DNA from: a virus
Lineage: Duplodnaviria > Caudoviricetes
Virus record (IMG/VR): IMGVR_UViG_3300042479_000786
Span: 1-55,043 of that record
DNA: 55,043 nucleotides
Direction: 5' to 3' (one strand)
The notes below the pieces were generated by a model. That model was not told the DNA's origin. It did not search any database and saw only the letters and a program-made list of their open reading frames with translations. Shown here one piece after another: positions 1 through 7,203 of this stretch (the stretch's first letter is position 1; every line of letters begins with the position of its first letter). The position numbers and the translations under genes are program-made.

Positions 1-122
1 ATCTCGATGTATTCCTTTGCTGTGGTATCGTACCAGACAAAGACGATTGATACACCGAACTCCGCTTCTTCATCGGAGGCGTACCTGCCCCCGATGAATA
101 TAAACAGCTCCTCGTCGGACAT
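1..122 (-). CDS. hypothetical protein, partial (runs off window start)
   Basis: ATG at 122 just after the stop of 124..693; open frame MSDEELFIFIGGRYASDEEAEF... to the window edge. Confidence 0.6.
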   Translation of the reverse strand, partial: MSDEELFIFIGGRYASDEEAEFGVSIVFVWYDTTAKEYIE

Positions 123-123
123 A

Positions 124-693
124 TTATTTGCTTCTAAGCATTTGCTTTAAACGCAGATTGTGTATGGCAATTTGAGAAGCATGCTCGATTATCGATTCTC
201 CTACACTCAAGCAGTTTGAAATCTGAAGCACCGCTTCCATTGGATCTTCTATCTGGGATATGATAAACGACCCGAGCAACACCGGCTTGAATGCGATGTC
301 TGGAGGTAGGTTGAATGTGGATGACATCGCGGACAATGATTCCTTTATAGAGGAATCAAATTCTTTCAGATCATCAATGTCAGTGATATTATGCTTAGCC
401 ATCGTGTCGGTCAAGCTGGCTTCGATCAGCTCAGAGAAGGCCAGAGCCACGCTAGCACAGATGCTACTCAGTTTTTCTGAAGACTCATCCATCATCTCAT
501 CCGGAGTGTTCTCGAAAGATCGTGCAGCAGTTGCCTCTTCTTCATTGGTGGCCATCGTCAGCCCTATGGACGGGCTCACGCTTTTCTTGATCAGGATCAG
601 GAGCGTCTCCTTTTCCTGTGCGGTCATTTTGTTTGAGCCATTGGTGATAGAATCGCAATGTGCTCGTAGCTGGGTGATCATTTTGTTTTCCAT
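124..693 (-). CDS. hypothetical protein
   Basis: 189-aa ORF with an AAC-rich leader, in the leftward gene run. Confidence 0.7.
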   Translation of the reverse strand: MENKMITQLRAHCDSITNGSNKMTAQEKETLLILIKKSVSPSIGLTMATNEEEATAARSFENTPDEMMDESSEKLSSICASVALAFSELIEASLTDTMAKHNITDIDDLKEFDSSIKESLSAMSSTFNLPPDIAFKPVLLGSFIISQIEDPMEAVLQISNCLSVGESIIEHASQIAIHNLRLKQMLRSK

Positions 694-719
694 GTTTGTT
701 GTTTGTTATTGGTTATTGG

Positions 720-1109
720 TTAGTATTCAGAAGGTAAGAGGATCACATTCTCGCAGATCCACAGGCAGATGCCAGCAGCTGGGAAGTCAGTGTATTCAAT
801 GAACTTGGTGTGCAGGATATTGTTATTGCCATCGGTGAATACGATGTATGCGGATCTATCCGGTTCGACGCTTAGCTCACAGGTAACGAACGGCTCCTGA
901 GCGATGGCTGGGATCATGAACTTAGCTACCGCCATCTCATATCCTAGCCAGCGGCATCTGAATTCTTTCATGATGCTCTTGATTCCGCTCGTATAGACGA
1001 TACCTATCATGGTCTCATCTTTATGAAGCTCCGCTGTGCCGATTGCTTCCAGAGCCTGTTCGGGATTCATATCCGGATCGAAGCGTTTAGTTGGTTGGCT
1101 CTTTTTCAT
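720..1109 (-). CDS. DUF6876-like phage protein
   Basis: Motifs YTSG..WL, DGNNN, YTDFP and C-terminal LLPSEY, recognised by eye as this family. Confidence 0.7.
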   Translation of the reverse strand: MKKSQPTKRFDPDMNPEQALEAIGTAELHKDETMIGIVYTSGIKSIMKEFRCRWLGYEMAVAKFMIPAIAQEPFVTCELSVEPDRSAYIVFTDGNNNILHTKFIEYTDFPAAGICLWICENVILLPSEY

Positions 1110-1383
1110 TGGATGGTTTGTTTATGATGAACGAATGATACTCAAGCACCAGATCGCCGTACCCGATCCCTACTGCGATCACTAAGGTGACGAACGGCGG
1201 CTCTAGGTTAGAGAAGATGTGAGAGAATTCCTCAACCACTTCTTTGTTGTCTGACTTGAAGTATGCCTTGATTACCTCTAGCGTCCTGAGCCCCATGCCG
1301 CGAAGATCTAATTGTCCATCGGCATTGAAGTTAAGGATCAGCTTATGTCCTGGGGATACCCGATTTGCTACGTACTCTCTCAT
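1087..1383 (-). CDS. hypothetical protein
   Basis: 98-aa ORF; start overlaps the upstream stop (ATGA). Confidence 0.6.
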   Translation of the reverse strand: MREYVANRVSPGHKLILNFNADGQLDLRGMGLRTLEVIKAYFKSDNKEVVEEFSHIFSNLEPPFVTLVIAVGIGYGDLVLEYHSFIINKPSNEKEPTN

Positions 1384-1754
1384 CCGAATACCACCTTTCC
1401 CATGACAGACATCTGGAAGATAGCGTCTGCATCTGATGCATCATATGACCCATCTAGGATCGCATCGATATACCCAGAGTCTCCATTTAGCGCGGATTCG
1501 ATAGATGATCCGCTGCACTGCCCTAGCAGTTCGCAGTCGTTCTCTACATCATATACGCTCAACTTGAATTCTGGATCAGTGAATAAGGCCTGTGCAATCA
1601 ATTTAGAATCGACCGACTCTGAATTAAAATACTTGCTCAGCTCGCCCTCATCTAGGACGTACCAATGATTCGAAGCGCCCTCTAAGGACGTAACCACGAT
1701 CGACTCGAAGACTTCTAGTGACAGGTTATCTTGGATGGATTTTCTCTTGCTCAT
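1380..1754 (-). CDS. conserved phage hypothetical protein
   Basis: Start moved to ATG 1754 (MSKRKS), downstream of a promoter; C-terminal DADAIFQ..VMGKVVFG motif resembles other phage early proteins. Confidence 0.7.
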   Translation of the reverse strand: MSKRKSIQDNLSLEVFESIVVTSLEGASNHWYVLDEGELSKYFNSESVDSKLIAQALFTDPEFKLSVYDVENDCELLGQCSGSSIESALNGDSGYIDAILDGSYDASDADAIFQMSVMGKVVFG

Positions 1755-1775
1755 GTTCTTTGTTTTGATTTTTGA

Positions 1776-1805
1776 CAAATATAAATAAATCACGCATATG
1801 CCAAT
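1776..1805 (-). promoter_or_regulatory. Bacteroidota-type promoter (-7 TATATTTG)
   Basis: TATATTTG on the minus strand at 1776-1783, ATTG 18 nt upstream, in AT-rich intergenic DNA. Confidence 0.65.
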
Positions 1806-1872
1806 GTGAATAGGCAAAGAAAAATATGCATGAGTGCGATCCTAAGACATCAGCCGCAATGACCTGAACCAA

Positions 1873-2238
1873 TTAAAACAACCACAATTCAACGCCGTCC
1901 TTATCGATTACGATCCTGCCGGAATACTTCTTGAAGATCGTATCGACAGCTCGTGTTAAGGCGTTCTCTTGGTCATATGACTTGAGTTCGATCTCTAGCT
2001 GCCGGCTGATGGCAGAGCAGATGGTTGTACTCATCTTGGTTCCCTCTTCGATGAGCCCTAGGGCATGCGCGGCCTGTCCATAATCCCATCTACCCGTAAC
2101 GGATATATGAAGATCCGGAAGGAAATGCTTAAGCCCATCTATAATCGGTCCGGATTGAATCCCGTTGGCATTCATCCGTACGATGGCCTGTTTGATCACG
2201 GCCATGTTCTGCTCGAATTCTTTTTCTTGCTTGTTCAT
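1873..2238 (-). CDS. hypothetical protein
   Basis: 121-aa ORF adjacent to 2241..2507. Confidence 0.7.
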   Translation of the reverse strand: MNKQEKEFEQNMAVIKQAIVRMNANGIQSGPIIDGLKHFLPDLHISVTGRWDYGQAAHALGLIEEGTKMSTTICSAISRQLEIELKSYDQENALTRAVDTIFKKYSGRIVIDKDGVELWLF

Positions 2239-2240
2239 GG

Positions 2241-2507
2241 TTACTTTAGTTCTGAGTTAATGAAAGATTCAATCTCATCTCGGAAGTCCAGATCCTCACC
2301 CCATACCGTATCGGCATGCAGGGTCTGGAATTCATCCGTCATGTCCTTGGCCAGCTCGTACATCCCTCCATGCCCTTGAAGAGCGTGGATTAGCTGAATG
2401 GTGCCACATGGCTCATCTTTGTTTAGCTCGAGGGCTATGGCGCTTACAATCTCGAAGTGAGTCTCGTGCCAGCAATCGAATTCTATTGGCAAATGTTTAC
2501 TGCTCAT
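2241..2507 (-). CDS. hypothetical protein
   Basis: 88-aa acidic ORF with WHETH motif. Confidence 0.7.
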   Translation of the reverse strand: MSSKHLPIEFDCWHETHFEIVSAIALELNKDEPCGTIQLIHALQGHGGMYELAKDMTDEFQTLHADTVWGEDLDFRDEIESFINSELK

Positions 2508-2535
2508 GATGATTAGTTTTAGTTGGTTTATATTG

Positions 2536-2613
2536 TGACAGGGGCGGGAGTCGAACCCGCACGCTTCCTAGCTTTTGTAGGCATCGGAACTGCTACCATT
2601 ACACCACCCTGTC
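2536..2613 (-). tRNA. atypical tRNA-like element (enlarged anticodon arm, identity unassignable)
   Basis: Acceptor stem GACAGGG/CCCTGTC, D-arm-like GTGTAATGGTAGCA, T-arm GCGGG-TTCGACT-CCCGC; anticodon arm is 25 nt (TTCC...GGAA) instead of 17. Confidence 0.7.
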
Positions 2614-2620
2614 TACCTGA

Positions 2621-2833
2621 TCAATCCTCCCACATCGAATCGTAGTAGGTTTCATTCATCCGTCTGAGCTCATCCTTTGTCAGGACAATAAGATCAGATC
2701 CGATCTGGTGCTGCACGCTTTTGATAAACTCTTTCTGCAGTTCGACCTCCGTATAGCTGATCTCCAATATCGGATCATCTTTCCAAGATTCGAATGCGTT
2801 CTTTATCTCGGCCATTAGCTTGTCGTATCTCAT
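2621..2833 (-). CDS. hypothetical protein
   Basis: 70-aa ORF packed between 2838..3743 and the tRNA-like element. Confidence 0.65.
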   Translation of the reverse strand: MRYDKLMAEIKNAFESWKDDPILEISYTEVELQKEFIKSVQHQIGSDLIVLTKDELRRMNETYYDSMWED

Positions 2834-2837
2834 AGGA

Positions 2838-3743
2838 TCACCAATTATTTAGTTTTGCGAATCTTTGTATTTCTTTCTGGGGGATGGTATGGCATCCGAT
2901 GATCAGGCTGCCCTCCCTCATACAGGAAGCCTTGTAGTTCCCTACATGATGATCTGCGATGTCCAGACCGGCTTTGATCAAACCGTAGAGCCGTTTAGCA
3001 TGCTCGTATGGAACCTTAGCCCCGAGCGTTGTCTCCACAACGTCATCCACCTTACGAAGCATCAGGGGTGTGAGGTCAGAATTCAACCTCCAATAGTTGT
3101 TATCACCCTTGAGCCATTTCTTTAGCTCGGCCTTGTTCTTCAACTTACGCTCAGCACTGACGGCCGCCTTAATCTTGGCAACCCTAGCCTCACGCTCTTC
3201 TGCAGCCGCCTCCAGATCGAATCCCTCTAGGTCTAGCGCGTAGCTCCAGAGATCAGCAGCACGCTGGAATGATTCATCCGAGCTAGCCTTCATCATAGCA
3301 ATCTCAGCATCTAGTGTTGTGTCGAATGCCTCGCAGTACTTGGTAGCATTGGAGACCATTATCTGGATCTCATACGCGGCGCCATCCTTGGTTATCTGAC
3401 GGGTTCTTTTGTTCTTCAGTATATTCATTTGGCCGGTGATCCGGTGCTGCTCGTAGGATAGATTCTCGATAAGCCCCCATGATGGATTATAGCAGGAGAT
3501 CACGTCCATATGGCTGATCGCCTTCCTGACATGGCTCAGGTGCTTTGTTGTTGTGTTCGAATAGGTGCGGTATGTTAATAGCACAGCGCCGCTGCCGATC
3601 AGTTTTGCCATCGGGAAGTGACTCCCGTAGGAGTAGATGGTCTTGCCTTGGAAGTACATGGACTCACCCTGTGTGCGTCCTGATGGTTGGCTCTGGTGTG
3701 CCCAGATATGCGGTAGCTCGGATGGATTGAATACTGTCTTCAT
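2838..3743 (-). CDS. conserved phage hypothetical protein
   Basis: 301 aa; IYSYGSHFP and YSNTTTKH motifs, C-terminal IGCHTIP; function unknown. Confidence 0.75.
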   Translation of the reverse strand: MKTVFNPSELPHIWAHQSQPSGRTQGESMYFQGKTIYSYGSHFPMAKLIGSGAVLLTYRTYSNTTTKHLSHVRKAISHMDVISCYNPSWGLIENLSYEQHRITGQMNILKNKRTRQITKDGAAYEIQIMVSNATKYCEAFDTTLDAEIAMMKASSDESFQRAADLWSYALDLEGFDLEAAAEEREARVAKIKAAVSAERKLKNKAELKKWLKGDNNYWRLNSDLTPLMLRKVDDVVETTLGAKVPYEHAKRLYGLIKAGLDIADHHVGNYKASCMREGSLIIGCHTIPQKEIQRFAKLNNW

Positions 3744-3763
3744 TGCTCGTGTAGTTTAAAGGG

Positions 3764-3979
3764 TTATGGATTGATGATACCGGCCTCGATCAGCCGCTGT
3801 GCCTCGCGTCCGAACCAACCCTGTAGCTGGTAGGCAAGACGGGTGTCGTGCAGGTATTGCCACGCCTGCACTCGCTGATCATATGTGGCATCATCGCCCT
3901 CACAGAAGCCCTCAGCGATCGCCGTGGCCAGATATGGGGTCATGATCAATTCTTCTGGTGATGTGGTCGTGTCGGTCAT
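3764..3979 (-). CDS. small conserved phage protein (WQYL.DT..A..LQGWFGR motif)
   Basis: Start moved to ATG 3979 (ATGA overlap with the upstream stop); motif resembles a widespread small phage family. Confidence 0.7.
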   Translation of the reverse strand: MTDTTTSPEELIMTPYLATAIAEGFCEGDDATYDQRVQAWQYLHDTRLAYQLQGWFGREAQRLIEAGIINP

Positions 3980-4236
3980 TGGATGAGTTGTGTTGTCTGG
4001 ATGATAATGGAGTCGAAGAGTATATTGTTGGCATCTTCGCTGTCCCATAGATTGAATCTATACGACCGGCCTGTGACATATTCGACATCATAAACCATGA
4101 CGCCCCTGTCGTAGTTAAAGAAGTCGCAGAGCGATTCCACTATCTTGTCTGTTGTCGGATCAGCGATAGCCGCGATCACTGCCTTCGGATCCTGATATAT
4201 CAGGACAACGTGGCCTGCTGGGATGTTGATATTCAT
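3976..4236 (-). CDS. hypothetical protein
   Basis: 86 aa, coupled by ATGA overlaps at both ends. Confidence 0.7.
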   Translation of the reverse strand: MNINIPAGHVVLIYQDPKAVIAAIADPTTDKIVESLCDFFNYDRGVMVYDVEYVTGRSYRFNLWDSEDANNILFDSIIIQTTQLIQ

Positions 4237-4349
4237 TTTCTTACAGAATAAGAGCCCTCGAAATGACAGGCGGTTGTGTTATACTTTTTACTGCTGACAC
4301 ATGAGGTCAGTAATGTTATTGCTGCTAGGATTGTGATCAGGATCTTCAT
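4233..4349 (-). CDS. small lipoprotein, 38 aa (not in ORF track)
   Basis: MKILITILAAITLLTSC-VSSKKYNTTACHFEGSYSVRK; signal peptide with lipobox LTS-C; ATGA overlaps at both ends. Confidence 0.7.
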   Translation of the reverse strand: MKILITILAAITLLTSCVSSKKYNTTACHFEGSYSVRK

Positions 4350-4519
4350 TTTTTCTCGGATTGGATTGTTTCTTGGTTTATGATATTGCAGCCCATGTCC
4401 TTCCATCCGAAGGACTCCATTTTCTTGAGGTAGTTCTCGAGGTGGGCTGCGTTCTTGAATTCTACTTGCTCATCGATCCATTTGGTCGATGTTTTCTTCA
4501 GCAGGATGGTCGCTCTCAT
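4346..4519 (-). CDS. hypothetical protein, 57 aa (not in ORF track)
   Basis: MRATILLKKTSTKWIDEQVEFKNAAHLENYLKK...; ATGA overlaps at both ends. Confidence 0.7.
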   Translation of the reverse strand: MRATILLKKTSTKWIDEQVEFKNAAHLENYLKKMESFGWKDMGCNIINQETIQSEKK

Positions 4520-4731
4520 TGTAGCTCAGGTTTGAATTTCGAGAGGTCGAACTGTTCTTTGTCGGCTCCGATTTTCTCCAGCACGATGTCGATCAGAGCT
4601 AGCTCGCTCATCCATGTCTCGGTGATGGTGGTCTGGACGGTAGAGAAGGTGATCCCGTACCGGATGCCCAAGGTAACCTCGGTGTGAATGCCGAACGGCT
4701 GATATACGATTGAAACGATTTTTTTTGTCAT
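4516..4731 (-). CDS. hypothetical protein
   Basis: 71 aa; starts within the 24-bp leader repeat. Confidence 0.65.
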   Translation of the reverse strand: MTKKIVSIVYQPFGIHTEVTLGIRYGITFSTVQTTITETWMSELALIDIVLEKIGADKEQFDLSKFKPELQ

Positions 4732-4750
4732 GGGGATGGATTGTTTAGGG
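4727..4750. repeat. 24-bp direct repeat, copy 1
   Basis: GTCATGGGGATGGATTGTTTAGGG, identical to 5005..5028. Confidence 0.9.
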
Positions 4751-4787
4751 GGTGAATATGGGCGGTAGTTATCCGCCCGTGTGTTGG

Positions 4788-5009
4788 TTAGTTGAATTCA
4801 ACTTGCTTTAAGCCTTCGCCGTTAATGAATTCATATCTCGAAAATTCCACTGAATCAATACAAGTGACTGCCCATAAGTCTTCATTTGTTGGGCGGTATT
4901 CGTATTGTTTAGCCAGCTTCATTTCGATAAAATCCGTTGTGACATTGAATTCCGTTGTTATTGATTCAAACAGATAAGAGCCTTCGTAGAAATTAATTGT
5001 CGTCGTCAT
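4788..5009 (-). CDS. hypothetical protein
   Basis: 73 aa, AT-rich, between the two 24-bp repeats. Confidence 0.65.
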   Translation of the reverse strand: MTTTINFYEGSYLFESITTEFNVTTDFIEMKLAKQYEYRPTNEDLWAVTCIDSVEFSRYEFINGEGLKQVEFN

Positions 5010-5028
5010 GGGGATGGATTGTTTAGGG
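5005..5028. repeat. 24-bp direct repeat, copy 2
   Basis: Identical to 4727..4750; includes the start codon on the minus strand. Confidence 0.9.
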
Positions 5029-5032
5029 AGGA

Positions 5033-5290
5033 TTAATTAAGGCCGTGGAAAAAGTCATTGCCGATAACTACCGGCTCGTATTCCTTGTGATCAGCTAACA
5101 TGTCATCACAGTCACGAAAGTCAGAATAGAAAGCTAACTGCAGTTCGGGAAAAATGCAGATCACAAAAGTCTCATCACCTTGGATTGGATGCTCGGCCAG
5201 AAGCACTGTTTGACCTAGTGAGTTAACCATGGTGTTGTAGATTGTCGGCTCAGCTGCCGTTAGTCTGGCGAAGTTTAATCGATTGCTCAT
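5033..5290 (-). CDS. hypothetical protein
   Basis: 85-aa ORF in the early run. Confidence 0.7.
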   Translation of the reverse strand: MSNRLNFARLTAAEPTIYNTMVNSLGQTVLLAEHPIQGDETFVICIFPELQLAFYSDFRDCDDMLADHKEYEPVVIGNDFFHGLN

Positions 5291-5299
5291 AGTGGATGA

Positions 5300-5611
5300 T
5301 TATTTGGATTGTGAATGTCTTGTTAAGTAAGCTACCTGCTGATCGTTCTTTAGCTTCCTGAGGCTGTCTAGCTCAGGAGTGGTCTCAGGCAGCATGAATT
5401 GGGTTATGTAATATTCGTCACCGGCATAGTAACCGAGCCGATCGATCTGGTTGACAACGATATTCGCATTGTCGGTTGGTGTGTACTGCGCAGCACGTCG
5501 GCTGTCGTTAGCGTAATGATCAGCCCATCGCTTGGCCTCGGCTGCCGATGGGTGGGTTGACAAGGCCTCTGAGGTCGTGTCAGTCTCGATTGTTACTGTG
5601 TAGCTGGTCAT
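5300..5611 (-). CDS. hypothetical protein
   Basis: 103-aa ORF; ATGA overlap with the upstream gene. Confidence 0.7.
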   Translation of the reverse strand: MTSYTVTIETDTTSEALSTHPSAAEAKRWADHYANDSRRAAQYTPTDNANIVVNQIDRLGYYAGDEYYITQFMLPETTPELDSLRKLKNDQQVAYLTRHSQSK

Positions 5612-5766
5612 GATCTGATATGTTTTACTGCGATGAATAATCCGATTGAATCTGCGATACCTGCAAGGATAATGAATGAATCAGGGCTGCTGGCCGATAG
5701 TGCTATGATCGCTCCGAAGCCGGATGCGATGAAGCAGAATAGAAGGGTGCTGGATGGTGTGTACAT
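5608..5766 (-). CDS. small two-TM membrane protein, 52 aa (not in ORF track)
   Basis: MYTPSSTLLFCFIASGFGAIIALSASSPDSFIILAGIADSIGLFIAVKHIRS; two hydrophobic stretches; stop overlaps the next ATG. Confidence 0.6.
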   Translation of the reverse strand: MYTPSSTLLFCFIASGFGAIIALSASSPDSFIILAGIADSIGLFIAVKHIRS

Positions 5767-5777
5767 GGTTTCTAGGA

Positions 5778-5963
5778 TCAATAAAAGTTACTCAATAAAA
5801 GTTTTTCCTCGATGTCTGTTTGGATGCGGAACGAATTCTCATCCACATCATCTGGGTCAGACCAACGTTTTTTTGCTTGGCTGATCGCCTCTTCTATACT
5901 AGATGCGTATTCTGAATTCCAGCCGCCACTTTTAAAATTGTAGATGTACTCTTGATTTTTCAT
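5778..5963 (-). CDS. hypothetical protein
   Basis: 61 aa (FKSGGWNS motif); first ORF after the tRNA-like element. Confidence 0.7.
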   Translation of the reverse strand: MKNQEYIYNFKSGGWNSEYASSIEEAISQAKKRWSDPDDVDENSFRIQTDIEEKLLLSNFY

Positions 5964-5978
5964 GATATGTGTAGTTTA

Positions 5979-6074
5979 GTGCAACGGGCGGAATCGAACC
6001 GCCACCGACATCAGAGCCATGTCTCTAGCGTAGTGCTAGACTGCTCTCTGAGGTTGGCCGCCTTGGGCATTGCA
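5979..6074 (-). ncRNA. tRNA-like element with acceptor stem and T-arm but a long non-canonical central arm
   Basis: TGCAATG/CGTTGCA 7-bp stem, T-arm GGCGG-TTCGATT-CCGCC, central nested helices TCAGAG/CTCTGA and TCTAGC-ACTAC-GCTAGA. Confidence 0.65.
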
Positions 6075-6345
6075 TCCTTCTTGATCGGTAGCACCGCTTG
6101 CCGTTTCCCTAGCTCCTTATTCCTCACTTCGCTCTCAGCAACTCGCTGGTCTTGGCGTTGGTCTTGGTTCTGTCTAGGCCGTGTTCAGGTGTCAACCTGA
6201 GATGGTATGCTGGGTAAACCCTTGACCGCCGATCTAGTTGACTTCTAGATTGTGGGGGACGCACTACATATGTGCGCTGATTTCTCTGTCTTCACGACGA
6301 GGCATGATCTATCCGTAGATTGACCTGATAAAGAACGTTGTCGCT
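6075..6345 (-). ncRNA. putative structured non-coding RNA / leader
   Basis: No convincing ORF; hairpins ATCTA-CGGA-TAGAT, GCAC-ATATGTA-GTGC, ATCTAG-AAGTCAA-CTAGAT, TCAGGT-TGAC-ACCTGA, CAGC-GAGTT-GCTG; lies directly downstream of a promoter. Confidence 0.55.
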
Positions 6346-6356
6346 GATTGACTCTG

Positions 6357-6389
6357 CAATGATACGGCGAGTTTATTGATATAACCTAA
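6357..6389 (-). promoter_or_regulatory. leftward early promoter, Bacteroidota type
   Basis: TTAG-N21-TATCATTG (one mismatch in each box), followed by boxA-like GTTCTTTATC. Confidence 0.55.
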
Positions 6390-6621
6390 TTTATTATTTA
6401 GATTTCTTCTAAGTGATTGATTATCAGTGTGAATAATTTCATTGTCCTGTGTTTATTATGTTCGCCTTGGCTCTTGCATATATATGTATGCGACTAGACG
6501 CTATCTAGGCATTCAGGCTGTTTATTGTCTGTTGGCAATAAAGGCACCAAAGAAGCGATTTAAGCCACTCTGATGCCTTTCTGGTATACTGATATGGATT
6601 GCTGGAGATCTGAGTTTTCCG

Positions 6622-7203
6622 CTAGTAGCAAGGCTTTCCAGCGAGGTTGTATACGATCCGTAGATGGTGGGCTGTGATCGATCCTCGTGGCCTGATGTTC
6701 TTTGGCGGCACCTTGTTGATGGGCTTGAGTTTCAAATGGGCATAATCCTGAGTGAGGAACCGGTCAAGAGGTTCACCCCAGAAGAGAGCTAGGGCTCCGA
6801 GCATGATCAGGCCTATGTTCCAATACTTGCCTTCCCTTAATGCTACGTAAGAGGTTAAGGTGATTTGGATGCCTTCTGACTTCAACTGATCGATCTGGGA
6901 TGCTATTGGTATGTCGTGATATGCCAGCAGGTAATCGTTGTTTGAGGCTGCCAGAATAGATGAATCGGTAGCTACCCTCATCGCCTGTCCTGCTAGAGTA
7001 CCAACGGTTCTAGCGCGTTTTACGGTGGGCAAGTAATATCTGCTACCAATTGGGGGTAATGGAAGCACGCGGCGTGGGTGTTCCTCAAGGTGTTTCACGC
7101 GCCCAGAGCGGATCATAGCCTCCTCAAGCCTGCGTTCCGATGTGCATTTGAGCAGTTGTTCTGTGCGGAGTTCAACATGCCTCCAGAGTTCAGGTATTGT
7201 CAT
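6622..7203 (-). CDS. hypothetical protein, possible DNA-binding regulator
   Basis: 193-aa basic ORF in the divergent control region; the C-terminal half has a weak Cro/CI-like helical pattern. Confidence 0.5.
   Translation of the reverse strand: MTIPELWRHVELRTEQLLKCTSERRLEEAMIRSGRVKHLEEHPRRVLPLPPIGSRYYLPTVKRARTVGTLAGQAMRVATDSSILAASNNDYLLAYHDIPIASQIDQLKSEGIQITLTSYVALREGKYWNIGLIMLGALALFWGEPLDRFLTQDYAHLKLKPINKVPPKNIRPRGSITAHHLRIVYNLAGKPCY

Noticed and set aside
2565-2590. CTA triplet in the tRNA-like arm read as an amber-suppressor anticodon (TAG recoding, as in some crAss-like phages)
   Set aside because: No U33 or 5-bp stem around CTA; long ORFs are intact in the standard code, and TAG ends genes at sensible positions (10991, 23668, 24894)
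4727-5028. 24-bp repeats as a CRISPR array or IS target duplication
   Set aside because: Only two copies 278 bp apart enclosing a gene; no cas or transposase genes seen
260-6200. Plus-strand ORFs in the early region (e.g. 260..802, 1312..1668, 4361..4687, 5952..6200)
   Set aside because: Antisense shadows of a tightly coupled minus-strand gene run, or overlapping the structured RNA
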